Assembly (NCBI GenBank): GCA_964493715.1
Contig: CAZBPC010000001.1
Coordinates: 105,288-169,287, forward strand
DNA from: an uncultured archaeon
GTDB lineage: Archaea; Asgardarchaeota; Lokiarchaeia; Sigyniarchaeales; SOKP01
Length of the DNA stretch: 64,000 bases
Direction: 5' to 3'
The position numbers and the translations under genes were made by a program. Under the pieces are notes generated by a model that saw only the letters and a program-made list of their open reading frames with translations, did no database searches and was not told where the DNA came from. This document shows, piece after piece, positions 20,770-29,932 of this stretch. Positions within the stretch are counted from its first letter, which is position 1. Every line of letters starts with the position of its first letter.

Positions 20770-20924
20770 TGATACGACCATCTGCCACCCTGGATTTTTG
20801 TCTTTTGGTAGTGCAATTACTGCACTTTAATTTCGCCCTCCAAGAGTCGTGATATACACGGAACTGGGGAATCCCCCTTTAATTCTTCAGCGAAAATACT
20901 TTTCGCAGGCAGATGGAAGTATCA
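20770..20924. ncRNA. Candidate structured non-coding RNA (or ssDNA structure)
   Basis: Closing helix TGATAC/GTATCA plus CCATCTGCC (20778-20786) / GGCAGATGG (20908-20916), enclosing five hairpins. GC-richer than its flanks. Confidence 0.6.
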
Positions 20925-21037
20925 CCTTTCATTCAAAAAATATTAAAAATAATAATTTTTGCACTTTTCTCCTAAAAGTACTGTCAAAATTATGCTTGAG
21001 TATATCATTCTAAAATAATTAACTAATGGTAAGTATT

Positions 21038-23218
21038 TTAGTCATCCAAAAACGACTGGTATTTAGAAAGAATGGCATTATTTTGATTCAAATCTTGCTC
21101 TCTTTCAAATTCAGTTTCTATGGACAAGGGTTTAGTTTCGAATGGTTCATGATTCCCTTGGTCATTTATCATGGTTACCTTCTCTTTTTTAGGTTCATAA
21201 ATTGATTTCTTACTTAAGAAAGCCGTGAAACTGTTTTTCTTTAATTTAACAGGTTTTTCTACCCTCCTATAAGTTACTTCGTACTCAATTTGAGTCATCC
21301 ATTCCTCAGAAAATTCCTCGCTTATGAGGATGAGGTCTTCCTTAGGAAGAACAAAGCGTTTCTCGTAATGGGGAGTCTTAAATTGAATTGTCATGTTGTT
21401 AGTTGCTTGAAAATAGCGATAGAAGACAAGTGCAATGGCCCCCAAATATATAAAAATCAACGCAAATCCTAATGATGTAAACAAGCGCACTAAATCTCCC
21501 ATTTGCATTGCCAAGAAAAGTGAAAACAAAGCTCCAAATCCTAAAAAGGGTAGGGAATAATTCTTCGCGTTTCTATAGAACGAATTTTTCATCTTAAGTT
21601 GTTTAATGAGCGCGTTTGAAGAGGAGCCTTGAGTTGTTAACAAAGTGTACTTATGCTCCAAATATTCTATTAACTCTTGTAGTTCCTCCAGTTCGATAAA
21701 ATGCATATTAGAAGAATATTGATAGGGAAATGGGATGGTTTTCTCAATGGATGAAACAGATTGATTGGTTATGAGTATCGGATCAATGATGATCTTGTAT
21801 TCAACGTCTCCTGATGTTATAAAAAGTGGTTTTTGCTTAATACCTCTCTGAACAAGGATCTCCAATCCAAGGTAATTTGATAATAAAGTGAAAAGAGTCC
21901 CTTCATTTGTAAAGCTTTCAAACATTGCATCAGAAACCTTCTTGAGCTGTCTTAAGTGAGCTTCTGGAATGGAATCTGGAACATATCTTAATGAGGAAGC
22001 TTCATTTGTGCTAAGATGCTTCAGGATTCTTTTTTCAGATACCATTAGGCAATTTCGAGAGAGGAAGTATTTTATAGGCATGAGTATTATTAAACGGGTG
22101 TTATTAGACACCGTAATGACCTTGCATCCCAAAAAGTCAATTCCCCGTCGAAATTCCCTCATATCTTGTCTATTTAAAGGTATCTCGTGAAATTGTCGAT
22201 CTTTTGCTATGCTTGAAATTTTTTGATAAAATTGATTCCTCTCAAATTTAGGTGCTGTTTCTTGTGATGAATTGCGATTTATTTTTGGTATTGATGCTCG
22301 AAAGGGTTCGGGTAATTTGATCAATGTATCTTCCATTTCAGGTTTACTTACAAGAGGTTCCATTTGCAACTTGTTCATATCAGCACCCTTCTTATCAAAA
22401 TTTACTCTTACACTAGAGCGAAAAACTTGATTTCGAAAGGGTTTTACCTCATCTTCTTCAATAAAGCAAGGTTTCTCTACTTCAAATTCTTCTTCAATTA
22501 CTTTCTCTTCATTAATTTTAGGAGGTTGTTCTTCTGATTCAACATCTGATGTTAAGGAATCATCCATCTTTTCTTCATTAAGCGAATTTGAAATCATTTC
22601 GCTCTCATTTCGTTCTTGATCTTTACTGGCATTAAACCATTCATTGAGGTTATTAATAATTACTTTACTTTTATGAGATCGTAACGTTAACCTTTCTTGA
22701 GGAAGGAGTCTTTTTGGTTCTGATGTGGAAAGGTCTTGGATATTGGGGATTGTTTCATATCCATTAGTGCATTCCTTTGCATTCGTTATTATCTTATTTG
22801 CGGTAGCGACCCCGATTCCGGGTATGCAAGCTATTTGATCAGATGTGGCCCTTGCTATCTCTTGAATGGTATTAAACCCGTTTGATTTCAATTTCAAGGC
22901 AAAATTCGGCCCGATCCCTTTCACACTCGTGAGATCTTCACATTTTTCTTGATTTACTTGAAAATTAATTTTGGATACTTGAAGCTGATTATCATGTAAA
23001 TTCCTGGACTGAGCAAGTTGGTCCAAAACTTCCTTAAATCTTGCAGTCCATTCTGCATTTTCTTGAATTTGAGCTTCATTTAATGCATTCTCAGCAAATT
23101 TCATCGCTTGCGCGATATGATTTTCATTGACTAACTCTTGCAGATTTTCAAATAAAAATGCGAGATCCCATTTTTTATCTACTTGAAGTGTTCCATTCAC
23201 GCTAACCATAATTTTCAA
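21038..23218 (-). CDS. Membrane-anchored helix-hairpin-helix DNA-binding protein
   Basis: DLTSVKGIGPNFALKL...IPGIGVATANKI tandem HhH, acidic linker, globular domain, two TM helices near the C-terminus. Confidence 0.7.
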   Translation of the reverse strand: MKIMVSVNGTLQVDKKWDLAFLFENLQELVNENHIAQAMKFAENALNEAQIQENAEWTARFKEVLDQLAQSRNLHDNQLQVSKINFQVNQEKCEDLTSVKGIGPNFALKLKSNGFNTIQEIARATSDQIACIPGIGVATANKIITNAKECTNGYETIPNIQDLSTSEPKRLLPQERLTLRSHKSKVIINNLNEWFNASKDQERNESEMISNSLNEEKMDDSLTSDVESEEQPPKINEEKVIEEEFEVEKPCFIEEDEVKPFRNQVFRSSVRVNFDKKGADMNKLQMEPLVSKPEMEDTLIKLPEPFRASIPKINRNSSQETAPKFERNQFYQKISSIAKDRQFHEIPLNRQDMREFRRGIDFLGCKVITVSNNTRLIILMPIKYFLSRNCLMVSEKRILKHLSTNEASSLRYVPDSIPEAHLRQLKKVSDAMFESFTNEGTLFTLLSNYLGLEILVQRGIKQKPLFITSGDVEYKIIIDPILITNQSVSSIEKTIPFPYQYSSNMHFIELEELQELIEYLEHKYTLLTTQGSSSNALIKQLKMKNSFYRNAKNYSLPFLGFGALFSLFLAMQMGDLVRLFTSLGFALIFIYLGAIALVFYRYFQATNNMTIQFKTPHYEKRFVLPKEDLILISEEFSEEWMTQIEYEVTYRRVEKPVKLKKNSFTAFLSKKSIYEPKKEKVTMINDQGNHEPFETKPLSIETEFEREQDLNQNNAILSKYQSFLDD

Positions 23219-23237
23219 GGATAATTAGTCACAGTCT

Positions 23238-23333
23238 TATTTAAAAAAAAAATTGAAAAAGAAAAAAGAGGGGAAGAAACCTCCATACTTTCAACTGCTT
23301 CTCTCTTTTTATCTAACAATTTTTCTTTATAAA
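23238..23333. promoter_or_regulatory. Back-to-back T-tract/TATA promoters (HhH-TM gene and Hel308-like gene)
   Basis: Minus T-run+TTTAAATA (23238-23252); plus TTTTTCTTTATAAA (23320-23333) 24 nt before the GTG. Confidence 0.7.
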
Positions 23334-23357
23334 ATGAGGAGGATATTAACTTCTAAC

Positions 23358-25871
23358 GTGTCACTAAAAAAATATGTCAACCTCCAAGAACCTTTATTAG
23401 ACGAACCACCAGAAATACTTAATTTCATAAAAGATGAGCGACTTCAACGGGTCCTTTTAGAACACCAAATTTTTACATTACGATCCATTCAGAAAGAAGC
23501 AATCGCGAAAGGATTATTTTTTCGAAAATCTTTCTTGGTTTGCGCTCCGAGCGGGAGTGGGAAGACTCTTATAGGCGAGTTATGTGCGGTTCACGCCATT
23601 TTCAATAATTTTGGTAAATCAATATATCTAGTACCTTTTAAGGCTTTAGCATCCGAAAAATATCTCTCATTCAAGCACGATTATGAGCGTTTCGGTATTC
23701 GCGTGGAACTGTCCATAGGAGACCAAGAACCTGAAGAAAAAGCTTTGGAAGATGCTGACCTAATCATTACCACCTATGAAAAAATGGATTCTATCCTCCG
23801 GAATTTTCACGACAAGCAATGGATTTCAGACATAACAACTATAGTGATTGATGAGATACATGTTATTGACGAGTCGGATAGGGGTCCTCGCTTGGAATCA
23901 CTTATCGTCAGACTCAACGAATTCTTGCATCAACCTCAAATCATAGGACTTTCTGCCACCATTGCAAACCCTGAGTTTTTCAATCAATGGCTTTCTTCAC
24001 TTGGCAACAAGATGATTTTAATCAAGTCGGACGTTCGACCAGTGCCGCTTCATTATCAGATTGAAATTTCCCGCAATAAGGATTCTACACTAAAAAAAAT
24101 CGTAAATGATACCTTATCTCAAAATGGTCAAGTATTGGTGTTTGTCAACAAAAGAAAGTTAACTCAAAACATTGCCCTCAATCTAAGAATGCTGGTAAAA
24201 GGTCATCTAAGTCCTGAAGAACTGAATGAATGCAAAAAAGCGGAAAGTAGCCTTTCATCGCTTCGAGGAGGCATTCTTGACTTGAGAAAGTCAATTAAGC
24301 ACGGTGTTGCATTCCATCATGCGGGCTTGCTTCACAAGGAGCGTAAAGTGGTAGAAGAAGCATTTCGAAAACACTTCCTTAAATTAATAATTTGTACTAC
24401 AACCTTGTCGGCGGGTATTAACCTTCCCGCTAGGGTTGTAGTTTTAAGAGATTTCAAGAAATATACCACTTCAGGGCATAACGTCAAGAATTTCGAAGAT
24501 CTCCACGAAAATGGAGATGGCTTTTCCTATTTCAAGCCATTTTCGGCCAATGAGGTATTTCAAATGTTGGGAAGAGCTGGTCGACCAGGTTTGGATTCAA
24601 TAGGACATGGGATCATCCTTGGATGTGATGTAAATGAGAGAGAATGGATTGAAGATCACTATTTTTCTGTAGATCCAACCGAAGAAATTGTCCCTAAATA
24701 TAATAATTTAGGTTCCGGGTTAAATACCATCCATACTCTCAAGGAGCAAGTTCTACTAAGAATTTACGAAGAAGAAAACATCTCGATGGAACAGTTAAAG
24801 AATTTCTTTAAGAAAACGTTCTTTTGGTTTTGTATTCAAGATAAAATGGGAGATGATGCCATCCCAATAGAGCAGTTATTAATGATCGAAGAAATATCTC
24901 CAAAAAACATTTTGAGATTACATTCCCAACCCGAAAAAATAAAAACCATCAGGAAGCGATCTTATCCCATAAAAATATCAAGATTCACCAAAGAGGGCAT
25001 TGGGGGATATGTGAAAACCGATTACGGGGTTCATAACGTCCAATTTGATCTTGATAGAGGAATTGAATGTTCTTGTGGATTTGAGAACGGAATGTCAGAT
25101 GGATATGCAACCACCAAGTTCTCATTTGAGTTTTGCGACCACGTACTTGCCTTTTTACTCTATATCTTTGAAATTCCCGACTCTAACTTTCAGAAACACG
25201 TGGAAGATGTTATACCCCAGTGTTTAAAGACCCAATACATATTGAATTACCTTTTTGAGAAGGGATTAATAATCAAAAATGAGAATGGTACCATAAAGTG
25301 CTCGCAATTTGGAAAATTAATTATACGTTTATACTTGTATCCCGTGTCAGGTGTATTAATTCGATCCAAGTTAGAAAATTTCGAGATATCTTCCTATCAA
25401 GATATGATAAAGAGCGCCTTTGATATTCTTCGCGCTGAAGCACGCGTTAGAGATTACCACTTGTTACAACCGCTACTCGAATGGACAGATGAGGAGCCCG
25501 TAGACAGCATCATCCAGAAGCACAATATCATGGCAGGTGACCTGTACAGCTTGAGAGATAATTTAGAGAGAATTATCACTTTCATGGGAATCATTGCCAT
25601 TCACTTGGCAGATACGGGAAGTGACCTTCAAGATAATTTAATTAGAGTAGCAGAAATGGCAGAAACATTAAAGATTAGAATCCATTATGGCGTGAGGGAA
25701 GAACTATTTGATCTTGTCATGCGTTTGGATAATGTTGCTCGAGTGAGAGGGCGTATTTTATTCGATGCTGGATACCATACTTCAAATCAAGTGAAAAAGG
25801 AGATACCCTCTGTTCTTCACAGAAAAACGGGAATAAGTCTAATAATATGTAAAAAATTATCAAGACTATAA
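23358..25871 (+). CDS. Ski2-like SF2 helicase (Hel308/Hjm-like) with inserted SWIM zinc finger
   Basis: APSGSGKT, DEIH, LSATI, HHAGL, TTTLSAGINLPA, QMLGRAGRP; insert ECSC...FCDH. Start moved to GTG 23358 because a promoter motif lies inside the longer ORF. Confidence 0.88.
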   Translation: MSLKKYVNLQEPLLDEPPEILNFIKDERLQRVLLEHQIFTLRSIQKEAIAKGLFFRKSFLVCAPSGSGKTLIGELCAVHAIFNNFGKSIYLVPFKALASEKYLSFKHDYERFGIRVELSIGDQEPEEKALEDADLIITTYEKMDSILRNFHDKQWISDITTIVIDEIHVIDESDRGPRLESLIVRLNEFLHQPQIIGLSATIANPEFFNQWLSSLGNKMILIKSDVRPVPLHYQIEISRNKDSTLKKIVNDTLSQNGQVLVFVNKRKLTQNIALNLRMLVKGHLSPEELNECKKAESSLSSLRGGILDLRKSIKHGVAFHHAGLLHKERKVVEEAFRKHFLKLIICTTTLSAGINLPARVVVLRDFKKYTTSGHNVKNFEDLHENGDGFSYFKPFSANEVFQMLGRAGRPGLDSIGHGIILGCDVNEREWIEDHYFSVDPTEEIVPKYNNLGSGLNTIHTLKEQVLLRIYEEENISMEQLKNFFKKTFFWFCIQDKMGDDAIPIEQLLMIEEISPKNILRLHSQPEKIKTIRKRSYPIKISRFTKEGIGGYVKTDYGVHNVQFDLDRGIECSCGFENGMSDGYATTKFSFEFCDHVLAFLLYIFEIPDSNFQKHVEDVIPQCLKTQYILNYLFEKGLIIKNENGTIKCSQFGKLIIRLYLYPVSGVLIRSKLENFEISSYQDMIKSAFDILRAEARVRDYHLLQPLLEWTDEEPVDSIIQKHNIMAGDLYSLRDNLERIITFMGIIAIHLADTGSDLQDNLIRVAEMAETLKIRIHYGVREELFDLVMRLDNVARVRGRILFDAGYHTSNQVKKEIPSVLHRKTGISLIICKKLSRL

Positions 25872-25880
25872 GGTGAGAAA

Positions 25881-26168
25881 GTGTCTTACGAAGCCGATGA
25901 TGATCCCTTGTTTGCTCCTAGAAAAAAACAAATAAAAATACGGGAATTTTTAGTCATAGAGAAAGAAGAAAAAGGAAATACTAATTATATCATAAAATCA
26001 TTTGGATCTTCTAAGGAAGAGGCATTGGATGCACTTTCATTTCTCAAGAACGCAATTAATTCATTTAACAAGTTATCCCCTTTACAAAAAATCGAATTTT
26101 GTAAAAGCCAACGAACATTAATTAAATTATATCTAAAACTATTAAACCAAAAAAATAATCATTTATAA
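25881..26168 (+). CDS. Hypothetical protein
   Basis: AGGTGA SD before GTG, directly after the helicase. Confidence 0.5.
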   Translation: MSYEADDDPLFAPRKKQIKIREFLVIEKEEKGNTNYIIKSFGSSKEEALDALSFLKNAINSFNKLSPLQKIEFCKSQRTLIKLYLKLLNQKNNHL

Positions 26169-26206
26169 TTATTTAACGGATGCCTTACATGGAATAATAG
26201 AATATT

Positions 26207-26467
26207 TTATTTTTTTTTTTTGAAAAAAGTTTGAATGAAAATATAATCACGACAGGCACTTTCAAACTCGATTCGTAATAAAGCCTTGAAAAGAGGATCC
26301 CGCTTGGATAGAGGCAAAGATCTTGAATCATCGTTACCCTTCCTAGATCTGTGGAGGAATTCAGAATGGGGGATAATGATTTTGGATAGATCCTTTTCCA
26401 GCGGGAGATCCTCTGCGTGCTCCGTATCCGATAAAATTTTTCGAAATTTTTTTCCGTGAGAACTCAT
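26207..26467 (-). CDS. Hypothetical protein
   Basis: 86-aa ORF with its own T-tract/TATA promoter about 20 nt upstream. Confidence 0.55.
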   Translation of the reverse strand: MSSHGKKFRKILSDTEHAEDLPLEKDLSKIIIPHSEFLHRSRKGNDDSRSLPLSKRDPLFKALLRIEFESACRDYIFIQTFFKKKK

Positions 26468-26487
26468 GAATATAAATCCTAATAGAT

Positions 26488-26507
26488 CTATATAAATAAC
26501 AAAAAAA
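26488..26507 (-). promoter_or_regulatory. T-tract/TATA promoter
   Basis: TTTTTTTGTTATTTATATAG, 20 nt before ATG 26467. Confidence 0.5.
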
Positions 26508-26525
26508 CAAAAAAAGAATTTTCAA

Positions 26526-27050
26526 TTAAGTACTTTTTAAAATATAATCTTCATTTCGGTTCATGAGATGTCCCTCTTTCAAAGCTCGCCTCATTAGGTT
26601 GGCAAATTCTGATTGAGGAATGTGTTTATTTTCTGCCATAATTTCAATGATATATTTTGGAAAAGTTTTATACATCTCAGAGAGTTCTCTTAACATTAAG
26701 ATAAACGAATTAAACATTTGCTCATCTTTATCTTCATTTTTTGATGGTAATATAGAAACATCACTCACATTACTCGAAGCAATCTTAAATCCTCCTTCTG
26801 AAACAAAATCAGGCTCTCCTTTCAGTTCTTGTCGACTAAATTCATGTTGTAAACGTTTTGTTCTATTTACCGCATTTGTCATTCCATTAACTAGCTCTGA
26901 TTTATTTAAGAGGCTCTCGACTTTATGAGAATGCCCACAACGTAAACATTTTTTTGTCTTTTGCGTTGTTTTTACATAACTAAACTGGTGACATTTATGG
27001 CATGCAAATATCAGGTATGGGGTCTCATCTCGCTTCCATTCTTCTTCCAT
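26526..27050 (-). CDS. Zn-ribbon (DUF1922-like) protein with possible C-terminal winged helix
   Basis: YLIFACHKC...KTKKCLRCG; GAGGTGA SD; coupled to the Hef-like gene. Confidence 0.65.
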   Translation of the reverse strand: MEEEWKRDETPYLIFACHKCHQFSYVKTTQKTKKCLRCGHSHKVESLLNKSELVNGMTNAVNRTKRLQHEFSRQELKGEPDFVSEGGFKIASSNVSDVSILPSKNEDKDEQMFNSFILMLRELSEMYKTFPKYIIEIMAENKHIPQSEFANLMRRALKEGHLMNRNEDYILKST

Positions 27051-27055
27051 TCATT

Positions 27056-29245
27056 TCACCTCGTTTTTTTATGAGGTGTATACAAATTTTTAATAATAAA
27101 TACTAATTCTTCGGGAACATCAATTGATATGGTTCGAAACCAGTTTTGATCCCCCCATTCGGAAATCCTCTGCTTGAGCAATCGCTTTTCCCCCTCAAAC
27201 TGTTCGGTGAAATCCTCGAAGTCAAATACGAATAAGACGAGTTTCCTTGCTTGTCGAAGCCGTATCAAATCCTTCTCTGATATGGACACGCTTTCTTTAA
27301 TAAACGTGCGAGGATCGATAATAAATAAAGAAATTTCAGAAAAAAGATCAATTCTCCTTCCAGTTTCCTGCAAACCAAGGATGATACCTTCTTTTTGTAA
27401 TTTTTTACGTAAACCAAATTTCCCCGGCACATCCTTGCTAATCAATATTTCTGGATCTGGAATTCTCAATGAGGTGCTGGATATAGGATGCTCAGGTTTC
27501 GAAGAAGAAAAATAAGATACCAAGGTTTCTTGGTTTGGAGATCGAGGTTTTGATGGTGGCAAATATTTAATTTTACTAGTCACCTTTTCAATTTTTTGTT
27601 TGAATTTTACTTCTTTCGTATCTCCCATATCATTTTCCTGATAATTAATTGGTCCTTTTTTATTAGTTTCCTCTGTAGACACCTTAAGATTATCATTCAT
27701 TTTTTGTATTTTATTGAGTGCAATTCTTAAGTAAATTTCATCATTAGTCTCCTTGGTATACAACAAGATGACCTTACCTTCTTTTTGACGAGCAGTTCGT
27801 CCCTTTCTTTGGATATACCTGATTTCTGATGCCACAATATCATAAAATACCACTATATCGCATTCAGCGATATCCAATCCTTCCTCCGCTACATTTGTAG
27901 CTACGAGAACATTAAATATGCCTTCCTTGAAGGACTTCAGAATCTCCAGTTGTCTTTTTTGACTCATTCCCTTATCTTTTTTTGACTTGGTCGCTTGCCC
28001 CACGAATCGAGTGGGCTTGATCATGGATTCTTTTTCCAAACGTGAAGTGATATTTTGGATAGAATCCCTCAATTTTACGAATACCAAGATTCTTGAATCG
28101 GGATTTTCATGTAATTGATCGATTAGTATCTTTTTTAAAACAATATATTTAGGATGGATCAAACCTTCTGGATATTCGGATTCATGATTTTTTAGTTCAA
28201 GATAAATTCGACGTATTCGGTTATCTCCTGCTAGATTCTGATTTGCCTTGCTACTGTTCTGCTTTCGGGCCTCTTTCATTAATTTTTCTAAATACGTGAG
28301 TAGGATATCGAGTCCTTGTTGTTCGATGAGTTCTAACATGTGATATAGAATGAGTCCTTGGGCATTAACTGAAATAACACCATAGACACTCTTATCCCCA
28401 GAGGACATCTGCTTGATTAATTCTGTATTGAGCCTTAACAGGTCTTTTCTTGTTATCTTTTTTACCAACGTTTCTCCTTTTTTTTCGATATGCCCCATTT
28501 GGGAGAGATATTGAAGTCGTTCTTCCACCAAGCGATTGATAACGATCAGAGCATCTTCCATTAATTCTGTCATATCCACTCCGATTTTAAATATATTCAT
28601 TGGTTGTAAGTAGTTTTTCACATCTTCATCCTTTCGGGTTCTCACGTGGACATTGTTTTTATCAATATGTAATAATTGACATAGTTCATTAATGCGTTCC
28701 TTGGAAGATCCCGGTGAAGCGGTAAGTGCTAATATGGTACCGTCGGGGTTTTGGTCTTGAAAGGTGTCTGCAATGAGTCCATAGGGATAATCGCCACTTG
28801 CGTGGTGTGCTTCATCAAAGATGATAAGGCAAGTGTTTTTGAGGTCATAATGTTTTGCAACTAAATCATTTCTTAGAGTTTGAGGGGTATAAAATAAGAT
28901 CTGATGTGCTTCAAATAATTTAGGTCTTTCTTCTGATGGATTTTTCCCAGTAAGCGTAATCATAGAATCATCGGGAATTGCGAGGAATTGAGCAAATGAT
29001 TCATGATGCTGATTAATTAAAGGACGTGTAGGTGCTAGAACAATAATTTTTGAATTTCTGGGATAGGATTGGAGTGTTTCTGCTACTACCAATAGTGATA
29101 TGATGGTTTTTCCCAGACCAGTAGGGATGACCACTAATGAGTTTCTATTTACACACTTTTTCGCAATTTCTACTTGGTATTCTCGAAATTGGATTTTATT
29201 TGTTTCAAGGAATCTAAAGGGACTCATTTCGGTCGCACGGGCCAT
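27056..29245 (-). CDS. hef: Hef/FANCM/Mph1-like SF2 helicase with degenerate C-terminal nuclease region
   Basis: REYQ, PTGLGKT, DEAHH, LTASPG, RFVGQ, GMSQKRQ, ATNVAEEGLDI, QRKGRTAR. Start set at ATG 29245 after an AGGAGG SD. Confidence 0.88.
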   Translation of the reverse strand: MARATEMSPFRFLETNKIQFREYQVEIAKKCVNRNSLVVIPTGLGKTIISLLVVAETLQSYPRNSKIIVLAPTRPLINQHHESFAQFLAIPDDSMITLTGKNPSEERPKLFEAHQILFYTPQTLRNDLVAKHYDLKNTCLIIFDEAHHASGDYPYGLIADTFQDQNPDGTILALTASPGSSKERINELCQLLHIDKNNVHVRTRKDEDVKNYLQPMNIFKIGVDMTELMEDALIVINRLVEERLQYLSQMGHIEKKGETLVKKITRKDLLRLNTELIKQMSSGDKSVYGVISVNAQGLILYHMLELIEQQGLDILLTYLEKLMKEARKQNSSKANQNLAGDNRIRRIYLELKNHESEYPEGLIHPKYIVLKKILIDQLHENPDSRILVFVKLRDSIQNITSRLEKESMIKPTRFVGQATKSKKDKGMSQKRQLEILKSFKEGIFNVLVATNVAEEGLDIAECDIVVFYDIVASEIRYIQRKGRTARQKEGKVILLYTKETNDEIYLRIALNKIQKMNDNLKVSTEETNKKGPINYQENDMGDTKEVKFKQKIEKVTSKIKYLPPSKPRSPNQETLVSYFSSSKPEHPISSTSLRIPDPEILISKDVPGKFGLRKKLQKEGIILGLQETGRRIDLFSEISLFIIDPRTFIKESVSISEKDLIRLRQARKLVLFVFDFEDFTEQFEGEKRLLKQRISEWGDQNWFRTISIDVPEELVFIIKNLYTPHKKTR

Positions 29246-29249
29246 TTTA

Positions 29250-29837
29250 TTATCCTCCTTTAATGTATATTTGATAGCCATCAATGTTAACGTGGGAAGG
29301 ATCACGGTTAGTTTTTTTAAACATAGCAATCTCAGTTCCTAATCTTATAGCTAAGGGTGAAGGGTATAGTAGAAAATTTTCCCCCGAGTTGAAAAAATAG
29401 GGATAGTTCTTGTATAAACGCACAATTTTCTTCGTGAGCTGAGAGTTAGCAATCTGAATATCAAAACCCTTTCCAATCTTCACTCCTTGGAAATAAAGAA
29501 CCATGTCACTTAAATCATTTGCTATTTCTTGAGAGATCCATACTTCCTTCCTCTCACCATGCCAAACTTGTTCATTTCTGGGCCAGATGGTTAAATAATT
29601 TTTGCCATTCATCCATCTTTTCTCTAGTTGATATCCCTTAAATGAATTTAAGAATAAATCTTGAAACTGTAAGATGAGTTCCATGATAGATTCTGTTTCT
29701 TCACTTGAGATGTCCCATTGAACGGCTAATTTGCTAAAATTAAACGATTTATTCGAATCTTTATCAAATTTCTTAAGATTTAAAATGAGATTCTTCAATC
29801 CTTGAAGAGTAGCCAAAAATTGTGTTCCTTTTTGCAT
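29250..29837 (-). CDS. Hypothetical protein, first gene of the hef operon
   Basis: 195-aa ORF, apparently leaderless behind the T-tract/TATA motif. Confidence 0.65.
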   Translation of the reverse strand: MQKGTQFLATLQGLKNLILNLKKFDKDSNKSFNFSKLAVQWDISSEETESIMELILQFQDLFLNSFKGYQLEKRWMNGKNYLTIWPRNEQVWHGERKEVWISQEIANDLSDMVLYFQGVKIGKGFDIQIANSQLTKKIVRLYKNYPYFFNSGENFLLYPSPLAIRLGTEIAMFKKTNRDPSHVNIDGYQIYIKGG

Positions 29838-29859
29838 TAAAGAATATCATCGTCGAAAT

Positions 29860-29874
29860 TATTTAAAAAAAAAA
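29860..29874 (-). promoter_or_regulatory. T-tract/TATA promoter of the hef operon
   Basis: T-run+TTTAAATA, then ATGATA, 22 nt before the ATG. Confidence 0.65.
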
Positions 29875-29932
29875 CTTTACTAAATAACACTTCGAAAAAG
29901 GCAATGACAATTATAAAAAAGTGAAAAAAATC

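Noticed and set aside
20751-20852. 33-codon ORF (MQKLLTMIRPS...) over the structured element
   Set aside because: Short, no SD, and the nested base pairing explains the sequence better.
23253-23357. N-terminal extension of the helicase in the ORF track
   Set aside because: It runs through the divergent promoter spacer; GTG 23358 fits the promoter spacing.
29246-29329. N-terminal extension of Hef in the ORF track
   Set aside because: It overlaps the upstream gene; ATG 29245 has a strong AGGAGG SD.
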